64,000 bases of DNA from an uncultured Acidobacteriota bacterium (GTDB lineage Bacteria; Acidobacteriota; Thermoanaerobaculia; UBA5066; Gp7-AA6). How positions within the stretch are numbered: the first letter of the stretch is position 1; every line of letters begins with the position of its first letter. Shown here one piece after another: positions 50,254 through 58,426 of this stretch. Location of the stretch: contig CAVXTP010000011.1 of the NCBI GenBank assembly GCA_963764715.1, positions 27,979 to 91,978 of the forward strand. The letters are read 5' to 3'. The position numbers and the translations under genes were made by a program. The notes under the pieces are model-generated. The model made no database searches. It was not told the DNA's origin and saw nothing but the letters and a program-made list of their open reading frames with translations.

Positions 50254-51350
50254 GGTGCGGCCTTTCCGTGGGGCAGCAGAGCGAGCACCGTCAGGACCAG
50301 GGCCCCGATCAGCGAGAGGACGGCCGCCGCGTTCCACAGCCGGGACGGCCGGCCGCGGGCGGCGCCGCGGTCGAGGAGCGGCACCGCGATGAGCAGCACG
50401 GCGAGCACGGAGAAGAACAGCACGCCGAGCGTCTCGCCGGGGATGCCGGCGATCTCGGCAGGCAGGTACTTGAGGGCCTGGAACATCCAGAGGAAGTACC
50501 ACTCGGGCCGGATTCCGGCCGGTGCGGACGAGAAGGGATCGGCCTTGCGTCCGAGCTCCCACGGGAGGAACGCGGCGAGCGCCGCGAGGAGGCCCACGGC
50601 CGTCAGCCATCCGATCGCGTCCCGGAGGAGGAAGTCCGGAACGAAGCGCATCGTCGGCTTCGGGCCCTGCTTCTCGATCGACGGGGGCACGCTCATGCCC
50701 TTCTGCTGCACGAGAAGAAGGTGCAGGCCGAGGATGGCGGTCGTGATCGCCGGAAGGATCGCGACGTGGATGCCGTAGAACCGCGAGAGCGTCGCGCCCG
50801 TGACGTCGGAGCCCCCGCGGAGGATCCGCGAGAGCAGCGGGCCGATGGCCGGAATCTGCGCCGGCACGTCCGTGCCGACCTTCGTCGCGAAGTAAGAGAG
50901 CTCGTTCCACGGCAGAAGGTAGCCGGAGAACCCGAATCCGAGCGCGAGGAACAGCAGCACCACGCCGGAGATCCAGGTCAATTCCCGCGGCGCCCGGTAC
51001 GCCTTCAGGAAGAAGACCGAGATGAGGTGCAGGACCACGGCGCCCACGAACAGGTTGGCGGCCCAGGAGTGGATCGACCGGATCAGCCAGCCGAACGGAA
51101 CTTCCGCCATGATGTACTGGACGCTCTCGAAGGCCTCCGCGGCGCTCGGCCGGTAATAGAGGAGCAGCAGGATCCCGGTCGCCACCTGCACGGAAAAGAG
51201 AAAGAGCGCCATCCCGCCGAGGTAGTAGAAGACCGAATACCGGTGGATCGGGACTTGCTTCTTCGCCGCGAGGTGGGCGAAGTCCTCCCAGCCGAGACGA
51301 TCCCGGACCCACGCCGCGAGCGAGTGGCCGGCGGGGGCGGCCGTCGTCAG
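50250..51350 (-). CDS. Cytochrome b of a Rieske/b complex (fused b6 plus subunit IV type); apparent CTG start
   Basis: [31 protein letters not shown] motifs. Confidence 0.92.
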   Translation of the reverse strand: MTTAAPAGHSLAAWVRDRLGWEDFAHLAAKKQVPIHRYSVFYYLGGMALFLFSVQVATGILLLLYYRPSAAEAFESVQYIMAEVPFGWLIRSIHSWAANLFVGAVVLHLISVFFLKAYRAPRELTWISGVVLLFLALGFGFSGYLLPWNELSYFATKVGTDVPAQIPAIGPLLSRILRGGSDVTGATLSRFYGIHVAILPAITTAILGLHLLLVQQKGMSVPPSIEKQGPKPTMRFVPDFLLRDAIGWLTAVGLLAALAAFLPWELGRKADPFSSAPAGIRPEWYFLWMFQALKYLPAEIAGIPGETLGVLFFSVLAVLLIAVPLLDRGAARGRPSRLWNAAAVLSLIGALVLTVLALLPHGKAAP

Positions 51351-51799
51351 CTCCGTCGAAGGACGATCTTGTCGCCCCTCACGTTCACGTCGATCTTGGT
51401 CAGCGGCCGCGGCGGCGGCCCGGAGACGTTGGTCCCGTTGGTGTCGTAGACCCCGTCGTGGCAGGCGCACCAGATGTCGCTGCGTGCGGCGCGGTACTGG
51501 ACCGTGCAGGCCAGATGCGTGCAGGTCCCCGAGAGGGCCTTGAGCTCGCCCGCCGCAGTGCGAAAGACGAGGACCGGCTTGCCGCCGAACGGAACGATCC
51601 GCCCGCTGTTCGCCGGGATGTCCGATGGCTTGATGTCGAGGTCGACTTCCGAGAGCGACGGCTCCGAGGTGCGCGGCGGAACCACGTATCGCAGCACGGG
51701 ATAGAGAAACGAGAGCATCGTCGCTCCGACGCTCCCGCCGAGGAGGTACGCGATCCACCGCCGCCGGGAGTCGTCTTCGACCGTCTCGACTTCTTCCAG
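51347..51799 (-). CDS. Rieske [2Fe-2S] protein; apparent CTG start
   Basis: Tat-like SRRRW plus TM; CTHLAC and CACH; GPPPRPL; GGAGG just before CTG 51799. Confidence 0.92.
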   Translation of the reverse strand: MEEVETVEDDSRRRWIAYLLGGSVGATMLSFLYPVLRYVVPPRTSEPSLSEVDLDIKPSDIPANSGRIVPFGGKPVLVFRTAAGELKALSGTCTHLACTVQYRAARSDIWCACHDGVYDTNGTNVSGPPPRPLTKIDVNVRGDKIVLRRS

Positions 51800-51844
51800 G
51801 GGACCTCCGTGGCGCGAGATTAGACGATGCCTCTGCCCGGTTCC

Positions 51845-51860
51845 TGATGCAATCTCATCA
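51845..51860. promoter_or_regulatory. TGATG-N6-CATCA palindrome (putative activator site)
   Basis: TGATGCAATCTCATCA; 22 nt upstream of TAATCT -10 box (51822-51817) of the Rieske operon. Confidence 0.6.
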
Positions 51861-51894
51861 TGGTCCGACGTTAGATTACGCTGTCCCATCGGGC

Positions 51895-52989
51895 GTGGAC
51901 GAAGAAAATCTCTTTCCGGGACTGCGGGCCTACCTCCGGGAGCGGTTCGGGGCGGAGGCGGGAGAGGCACGGATCGAGCCCCTCGCCGTCCGCGCGGGCG
52001 GCATCAAGGAAGGAGGCTACGGTATCCCGCACCGCGTCTCCTGGGACGGCGCGTCGGGGCCCCGGACGCTGGTGCTCGAGACCGTCCGGCCGGGCCCTTT
52101 CGGGCACGAGGACCCGAGCGACCGCGCGGGCATCCTCCTGCGCGCCTCCGAGGACTACGGCACGCTCGAGCGGCACGTGCGGGCCGTGGACGTCGGCGCG
52201 TTCCGCGGGAGCGGTCCCGCCCTCAGCCTCGGCGGCTGCGGCGAGTTCTTCATCCTCACGGAGTTCGCCGAAGGGGAGCCCTACGCCGTCGACTTCGACC
52301 GGATCGCGCGCCGAGGCAGCCTCGAGGAGCTCGACGGCGCGCGGGCCCGGACGCTCGCCGACTATCTGGCGGCGATCCATCGGGACCCGGTCCGGCATCC
52401 GAGCTGGTATCGGCGGCGGCTGCGCGAGCTCGTCGGCTCGGGCGAATGCATCGCCGGCATCGCCGACTCGTATCCGCTCCCGTTCGGGTTCATCGACGCC
52501 GGTCTCCTCCGCGAGGTCGAGACGCTCGCTCTCGGATGGCGATACCGGCTCCGGGACCGGGCGGATCGCCTTCGGACGATCCACGGCGACTTCCACCCCT
52601 GGAACATCCACTTCGCCTCGGGCGTGGATTTCCGGGTCCTCGACCGCAGCCGCGGCCCCTTCGGCGATCCGGCGGACGACGTGGCCTCGCTCGCGATCAA
52701 CTATCTCTTCTTCGCCCTGCGCACGGCGGGCGACTTCCGCGGCCCGTTCGCCGAGCTCTTCCGCATTTTCTGGGACCGCTACGCGGACGCGTCGCGGGAC
52801 GCGTCCCTGCCCGAGATGATCGCGCCCCACTTCGCGTTTCGGGCCCTCGTGCTCGCCAACCCGGTCTGGTACCCCCGGGAATCGGAGGACGTGCGGCGCC
52901 GGCTCTTCCGCTTCATCCTGTCGGTTCTCGAAGCCGAGCGGTTCGACGTCGAGCGGATCCCCGCGCTGTTTGAGCGGTCCTGGCCGTGA
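51895..52989 (+). CDS. APH/choline-kinase-like phosphotransferase
   Basis: HGDFHPWNI catalytic loop, LDRSRG..GDPADDV. Confidence 0.8.
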   Translation: MDEENLFPGLRAYLRERFGAEAGEARIEPLAVRAGGIKEGGYGIPHRVSWDGASGPRTLVLETVRPGPFGHEDPSDRAGILLRASEDYGTLERHVRAVDVGAFRGSGPALSLGGCGEFFILTEFAEGEPYAVDFDRIARRGSLEELDGARARTLADYLAAIHRDPVRHPSWYRRRLRELVGSGECIAGIADSYPLPFGFIDAGLLREVETLALGWRYRLRDRADRLRTIHGDFHPWNIHFASGVDFRVLDRSRGPFGDPADDVASLAINYLFFALRTAGDFRGPFAELFRIFWDRYADASRDASLPEMIAPHFAFRALVLANPVWYPRESEDVRRRLFRFILSVLEAERFDVERIPALFERSWP

Positions 52990-53519
52990 GCTGGGCCGTC
53001 TGGATCACCGGGCCGCCGGCTTCGGGAAAGACGACCGTGGCCCGGGAGGTCCTGCGGCGGCTCGCGAAGGCCGGCTCGAGAGCCGTATGGCTCGAATCGG
53101 ACGCGCTGCGCCGGATCCTCACGCCCCGGGCGGACTACTCGCCCGCGGGGCGGGACCGCTTCTATGGCGTGCTCGCCGACCTCGCCGCCCTGCTGTGCCA
53201 CCAGGGCTTCGACGTCCTCGTCGACGCCACGGCCCCGCGCCGGAAACACCGCCGCCGGCTGCGCGAGCGCGTCCCGGATTTCCTCGAGGTGCTCGTCGAC
53301 GCGCCGGCCCGCGTGCGCGAGGCGCGGGACCCCAAGGGCCTCTATCGACGCGCCCGCGCGGGACGCGCTCCGAACCTTCCCGGAGCGACCTCGGCCTACG
53401 AGGCGCCGGAGGAGCCGGACCTCGTCCTGTCCGGCACCGCGGATCCGGAGAAAAACGCGGGCCGGGTTGTCCGGCTTCTTCGAAAACGGAATCTGCTGGC
53501 GCCGGCCGTCGCGAAATGA
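52986..53519 (+). CDS. Adenylyl-sulfate-kinase-like P-loop kinase
   Basis: WITGPPASGKTT, RDPKGLY, YEAPEEPD; GTGA overlap. Confidence 0.82.
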   Translation: MSWAVWITGPPASGKTTVAREVLRRLAKAGSRAVWLESDALRRILTPRADYSPAGRDRFYGVLADLAALLCHQGFDVLVDATAPRRKHRRRLRERVPDFLEVLVDAPARVREARDPKGLYRRARAGRAPNLPGATSAYEAPEEPDLVLSGTADPEKNAGRVVRLLRKRNLLAPAVAK

Positions 53520-53588
53520 TGCATCGATCTCATGACAGGCACAGGCATTCGGGTACATCGTAGGGACGTTCAAGGCAAGGAGGAAACC

Positions 53589-54053
53589 ATGAACCTCATT
53601 CGTTACGAGCCGACGACGTTCCCGATGTTCCGCGAGATGGAAGAGGTGTCGGATCGTCTGAATCGGCTGTTCGGCGGACGGATTCGGCCCAACGGCGGCA
53701 AGGAGTCGCTGACGGTGACGGACTGGACGCCGCTGGTCGACATTCAGGAGTCCGACAACGAGTACCTGATCAAGGCCGAGCTCCCCGAGGTCCGGAAGGA
53801 AGACGTCAAAGTGACCGTCGAAAACGGGGTGCTCACCCTTCAGGGAGAGCGCAAGCAGGAGAAGGAAGAGAAGGGGAAGAAATTCCACCGGATCGAGCGC
53901 TCCTACGGCGTCTTCCTGAGGACGTTCACGGTTCCGCTGGATGCGGAGGAGACGAAGGTGGCGGCCGACTTCAAAGACGGCATCCTTCGGGTACACCTGC
54001 CCAAGGCCGAAAAGCCGCGGCCCAAGGCCATCGAAGTGAAGGTCGCTTCGTAG
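53589..54053 (+). CDS. Hsp20/alpha-crystallin small heat-shock protein
   Basis: AAGGAGG RBS; WTPLVDI, AELPEV, ERSYG, FKDGILRVHLPK. Confidence 0.95.
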   Translation: MNLIRYEPTTFPMFREMEEVSDRLNRLFGGRIRPNGGKESLTVTDWTPLVDIQESDNEYLIKAELPEVRKEDVKVTVENGVLTLQGERKQEKEEKGKKFHRIERSYGVFLRTFTVPLDAEETKVAADFKDGILRVHLPKAEKPRPKAIEVKVAS

Positions 54054-54095
54054 TCCTCCTCACGGCGGAACGGCGCCGCGGCTGCGGCGCACTCC

Positions 54096-54126
54096 AGCGG
54101 CCGGCGACTTCGCCGGCCGCTTTCTT
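54096..54126 (+). terminator. Rho-independent terminator
   Basis: AGCGGCCGGCG-ACTT-CGCCGGCCGCT followed by a T-rich run, between convergent genes. Confidence 0.75.
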
Positions 54127-54135
54127 GTTCCCGGG

Positions 54136-55584
54136 CTACTTGCTCAGGCCGAGGTCCGCGAGGATCTTGGGCTGCTCTTCCTCGAGGGCGAGGACCTGGT
54201 GGCAGGCCTCGCAGTCGTCCGTGATGACCTTGCCGTCGGCGCTCTTGTGCTTTCCGTCGTGGCACCGGAAGCAGCCCAGGAAGTCCTCGTGCCCGATGTT
54301 GTTGGGATGGCTGCCCCACGTCACGCCCATCTCGGGAAAGATGTTCCGCAGGTAGATGGCCTTGACCTTTTCGGCGGCCGTCTCGACCGCCGGCCGGTCG
54401 TTCTGGAAGACCGACGGGTACTTGGTCCGATAAAAGTCGCCGAGCGCGGCGGGGATCTTCTGGGACGCCGTGGCGCGGTCGGGGTAGGTGGCCTTCAGGG
54501 CCGCGACGGCCTCGCGCTTGACGAAGGGCAGCTTCGTGCTGATGCGGCCCTCGGTCATGGCCTTGTCGACGGCCCGGTCCGGCATGTCGAAGGCGTGGGT
54601 TGGCCGATTGTGGCAGTCCATGCAATCCATCTTGCGGCGCTCGGCGTTGGCGAGCTGGTCGGTCGTCAGCTTCGTGTCGCTCGAGACGTACTCGACCTTC
54701 TTGCCCGCGTCGTCGACGTAGGTCACGAGCGGGATGACCTGGCGGCGCCCGTCGGTCGACACGTATTCGATGCGCTCGGCGTCCGAGAGGTGCCGGCCGT
54801 GAATCCCGACGAGCCCCTCGGCCGTTCGCCCGCCGATCTTGAGGAGAAGGACGCTCGTCGAGGGCGTGTTCTTCTCGTCGTCGGCGTACTTGGTCCGGAC
54901 GAGGAACTTGTCACCCGTGAACTTCTGCGGCCAGTGACAGTGCTCGCAGGTGTCGCGGGCGGGCCGCAGGTCGTGCACGGGAGAGGGGATCGGCTTGGAG
55001 TAGGTCTTCAAGGCCACGGCGAAGACCTGCCGCACGCCCGAGATCTTGGCCTTGACGAACCATGGAGCTCCGGGCCCGATGTGGCACTCGACGCAGGACA
55101 CCCGCGAATGGGGAGAGTCGACGTAGGCGGCGTACTCCGGCTCCATGACCGTGTGGCAGGTCTGGCCGCAGAACTGGGCCGAGTCCATGTACTCGACGCC
55201 CTTGTAGGACGCGGCGCCCATGATGGCGAAGTTGGCGAACGTCAGGAGGCCGACAAGTATGACGGCCCGCCGCAGGAACGGGCTCCGGAGGTCGACCTTG
55301 GGGTACTCGGCCGGCAGCTCCCCCTTCGCGCGGAGCTTGCGGAAACGCATCCAGATCCCGATCGGAATCAGCACCAGGCCGAGGGCGAAAATCCCCGGCA
55401 GAATCAGGAAGAACACGATGCCGGTGTAGGGATGGACCGGCCGCGCCTGCACGATGAGGTAGATCCAGAACGCGATCAGCGTGACCGCCGCGCTCGTCGT
55501 GAGCACGACGCCGGCCTCCGTGATTCGATTCTGGCCGAGATAGACGGCCGTGCGAACGCGGGGACGTTCCGTGAAGCGGCTCAT
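54136..55584 (-). CDS. ImcH-like NapC/NirT-family inner-membrane multiheme cytochrome c (5 CxxCH plus 1 CX3CH)
   Basis: Three N-terminal TM; FCGQTCH, CVECHIGPGA, LRPARDTCEHCHWP, MDCMDCHNRPTH, GCFRCHDGKH match Geobacter ImcH as recalled. Confidence 0.88.
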   Translation of the reverse strand: MSRFTERPRVRTAVYLGQNRITEAGVVLTTSAAVTLIAFWIYLIVQARPVHPYTGIVFFLILPGIFALGLVLIPIGIWMRFRKLRAKGELPAEYPKVDLRSPFLRRAVILVGLLTFANFAIMGAASYKGVEYMDSAQFCGQTCHTVMEPEYAAYVDSPHSRVSCVECHIGPGAPWFVKAKISGVRQVFAVALKTYSKPIPSPVHDLRPARDTCEHCHWPQKFTGDKFLVRTKYADDEKNTPSTSVLLLKIGGRTAEGLVGIHGRHLSDAERIEYVSTDGRRQVIPLVTYVDDAGKKVEYVSSDTKLTTDQLANAERRKMDCMDCHNRPTHAFDMPDRAVDKAMTEGRISTKLPFVKREAVAALKATYPDRATASQKIPAALGDFYRTKYPSVFQNDRPAVETAAEKVKAIYLRNIFPEMGVTWGSHPNNIGHEDFLGCFRCHDGKHKSADGKVITDDCEACHQVLALEEEQPKILADLGLSK

Positions 55585-55618
55585 GTCGCGGGATCTCCTT
55601 TGTCGGCTGGCAGCGAGC

Positions 55619-58426
55619 TTACCGGTACACGAAGAGCGTCGCAAACAGCATCAGCGCGATCAGGGCGAGGCCGATCCCCAGGGCGGTGAAGCCCAGGCGC
55701 CGCCAGTGACGGCTGGTCGAGGGCGGGGGCGCCGGCATCATGAGGCGCTCGAGTTCGCCGCTTTCGACGAGCTGCTCGTACTCCCGCGGGCGGTCCTTCT
55801 TGAGCTCCTCGAGCGGAACGCCCTGCGTGAAGATCACCGTGTCGATCGGGAACTTCTCCGGACGGAAGTGGGTGTTGAAGAAGTGGATGCTGAAGATGAA
55901 GCACACCGCCAGCAACGCTTCGTCGCTGTGGATGGTGGTGGCGACGTTCACCATCCAGCCCGGCATCACGCGGGTGAAGATGGTCGGAAACCACAGGATC
56001 AGCCCGGTCAGGCCGATGACCGCGACCCCCCAGAACACGGCGAAGTAGTCGAACTTCTCCCAGTACGTCCAGCGGCCGTACCGGGGGCGCGGCCCTTTCT
56101 TGACGAACCACTTGAGGGAGCCCACGAACTCCCGCCAGTCCTGGCCGTTGAACATCATGCTGTCCGGGCCGAAGATGAACCTGCGCCAGCCCTTGCCGTC
56201 GCGCCTCTTCTGCCGGACGAGGTCGAAGATGTGGAGGCCGAAGTAGGTGAAGGTCGCGACCGCGCAGATGCGATGAATGTAGCCGGCGGCCTGGAAACCG
56301 CCGAGGAGCTTCGCCAGCAGCTTGGCCCAGGGCGCGTAGGAGAACTTCAACAGCATGCCGGTCAGCGCCAGTCCGAGGAAGCTCGCGATCACCGTGAGGT
56401 GAAGGTTGCGCTGGTAGGCCGTGAAGCGGCGGACGTAGACGCCGGGCGCCTCGCCGGCTTCGAGGGGGGCCGTCCGGGGCTCCTTCAGCGAGCGCCGAAG
56501 CCACAGGGCCGTGTGCGTTCCCGCCAGCGCGAGCGTGCCCACGAGAAGCGTCGTCATGCCCCAGAACGTGTAGAAGAGGAACGGATAGCGCTTGGGGTCG
56601 TGGTGGGTGGCGTGCGTCAGGTAGCCGGCGAACTGCCGGTGCGAGCCGCGGTGGCACTTGCCGCACGTCTGGACGATGTTGGTCCGGGAGAGGTGCGAAC
56701 GCTGATCGGTCACCGGCAGGATGTCGTGCGACCCGTGGCAGTCGTAGCATTTCGCCGTCGTCAAATATCCGAGCTTCGAAACCTTTCCGTGGAAGGTGTC
56801 GAAGTACGTCTCGGCGATCTGCTCGTGGCAGCGGCCGCACTGGTCCATGATGTGGAGGCGGAAGTTGGAGAGGTCCGTGCGCTGGATGCTGTGTGCGGAA
56901 TGGCAGTCGCTGCACACCGGCAGTTTCTTCGAGGTGCGGGTGACGCTCGGGGAATGGACGCTTTCGGTGAACAGCTCGTAGATGCCCCGGTGGCACTTCG
57001 AGCACGTGCGCGCGACGTTGGCCGGGTTCACCGTGGACCGGGGGTCGGCGGCCGGCAGCTCCCCGTGGGCGCTGTGGCAGTCCGCGCAGTTGGCGGTGAC
57101 CGTCAGCCCCGCCTGCATCAGCCCCTTGCCGTGAATGCTCTCGAGGTAGTTCTCGACGATCTGCCGCTGGGCCCCCTTGTAACGCACGGCGGCCTTCTGT
57201 CCCGTCCGGTGGCAGTTAGCGCAGAGGGCGGGCACGTTGCGGGAGAACGTCGGCGAGTTGGAATCGCTCTTGCCGAGGGTCCCGTGGGCGCTGTGGCAGT
57301 CGCCGCACGCCGGGGCGTCCGGGTTTCCCCGCGCGACGAGCTGTCCGTGCGTGCTCTGCCGGTACTGGTCCACGACCTCCGCGTGACAGATCGAGCAGTC
57401 GACTTTGGCGACCATCGCGCGGCAGGGCCGCGTGGCGTCGGCCGGGTCGCCGCCCGTGTGGCACTGCACGCAGGCGATCCGGGCGTGGCGCGAGTGAGCG
57501 AGCTCGTCCTTGTCGGTGAAGAGCGAGACCGTTCCGGCGTTCCGGGCGGCCTTGATGTTCGGGTCCCCGTGGCAGCGCAGGCAGTCCTGGTCGGCCATGC
57601 CCTGGGAGTAGAAGACCTTGCGCACCTTGTGCGGCGAGTGGCAATCCACGCAGGCCGGGATCAGGTGCGGCTGTTTCTCCCAGAGCTCGCCGCGAATGAC
57701 CTTGCGATGGACGGCCTCGATCTGGGCGTGGCAGTGCGTGCAGGTCTTCGAGATGTTCTGCTTGGCGATCGAGGAGCGCGGGTCGGTGTGGGGCAGCACG
57801 AAGTGCGCCGTATGGCAGCTCGTGCAGACGGCCGTCACGGTCAGGCCGCGCTTGAAGAGGCCTTCGCCGTGGATGCTGTCCATGTAGTTTTCGAGGATGT
57901 TGGTCTGGGGAATCTGCCGCGTCAGGCTGACCGTCGTGCCTTCGCGATGGCAGCTGCCGCAGAGGCGCGGGACCTCCATGATGGAGACCGGGGAACCGGG
58001 GCTCGAGGGACGCTGGACGCGGTGCGTGCCGTGGCACGTCTTGCAGCCGGGAGCGGAAGCATCGCCGGCCGCGGCCTTCCGGCCGTGCACGCTCTCGACG
58101 AACTGCTTCTGCTCGTCCGTGTGGCAGGACCCGCAGTCGACCTTCGCCAGCTTGTCCGGGTGGGGAAGCTCCTTCACGTCGCCGTGGCACGAGGTGCAGT
58201 CGAGGTCGGCATGGGGCGAGGCCTTCAAGGCCGCGGCGTCGAAGTTCGGGGCCTCGCCCGCCTTTCGCTTGCCCGCGCGCGGCCCGGGCTCGTGGCATGC
58301 GGCGCAATCTTCGGAGGTCGGCGCGGCGGCCTCCTGGCCGGAGAGGACCGGGGCGAGCGCCAGAACGGCGAGGGTCAGGAGAAGAGCAAGGGCCCTGGGC
58401 ACCGCCCTTCCGCCGGGGGGGGTCAT
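55619..58426 (-). CDS. CbcL-like cytochrome c/b fusion with 19 CxxCH motifs
   Basis: Signal peptide, 19 CxxCH, FdnI/HydC-like cytochrome b domain (TYWEKFDYFAVFWG, IHSDEALLA, HFFNTHFRPEKFP). Confidence 0.9.
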   Translation of the reverse strand: MTPPGGRAVPRALALLLTLAVLALAPVLSGQEAAAPTSEDCAACHEPGPRAGKRKAGEAPNFDAAALKASPHADLDCTSCHGDVKELPHPDKLAKVDCGSCHTDEQKQFVESVHGRKAAAGDASAPGCKTCHGTHRVQRPSSPGSPVSIMEVPRLCGSCHREGTTVSLTRQIPQTNILENYMDSIHGEGLFKRGLTVTAVCTSCHTAHFVLPHTDPRSSIAKQNISKTCTHCHAQIEAVHRKVIRGELWEKQPHLIPACVDCHSPHKVRKVFYSQGMADQDCLRCHGDPNIKAARNAGTVSLFTDKDELAHSRHARIACVQCHTGGDPADATRPCRAMVAKVDCSICHAEVVDQYRQSTHGQLVARGNPDAPACGDCHSAHGTLGKSDSNSPTFSRNVPALCANCHRTGQKAAVRYKGAQRQIVENYLESIHGKGLMQAGLTVTANCADCHSAHGELPAADPRSTVNPANVARTCSKCHRGIYELFTESVHSPSVTRTSKKLPVCSDCHSAHSIQRTDLSNFRLHIMDQCGRCHEQIAETYFDTFHGKVSKLGYLTTAKCYDCHGSHDILPVTDQRSHLSRTNIVQTCGKCHRGSHRQFAGYLTHATHHDPKRYPFLFYTFWGMTTLLVGTLALAGTHTALWLRRSLKEPRTAPLEAGEAPGVYVRRFTAYQRNLHLTVIASFLGLALTGMLLKFSYAPWAKLLAKLLGGFQAAGYIHRICAVATFTYFGLHIFDLVRQKRRDGKGWRRFIFGPDSMMFNGQDWREFVGSLKWFVKKGPRPRYGRWTYWEKFDYFAVFWGVAVIGLTGLILWFPTIFTRVMPGWMVNVATTIHSDEALLAVCFIFSIHFFNTHFRPEKFPIDTVIFTQGVPLEELKKDRPREYEQLVESGELERLMMPAPPPSTSRHWRRLGFTALGIGLALIALMLFATLFVYR

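Noticed and set aside
52986-53519. cysC as part of sulfate assimilation
   Set aside because: Divergent motifs and no cysDN/cysH nearby; gene symbol withheld
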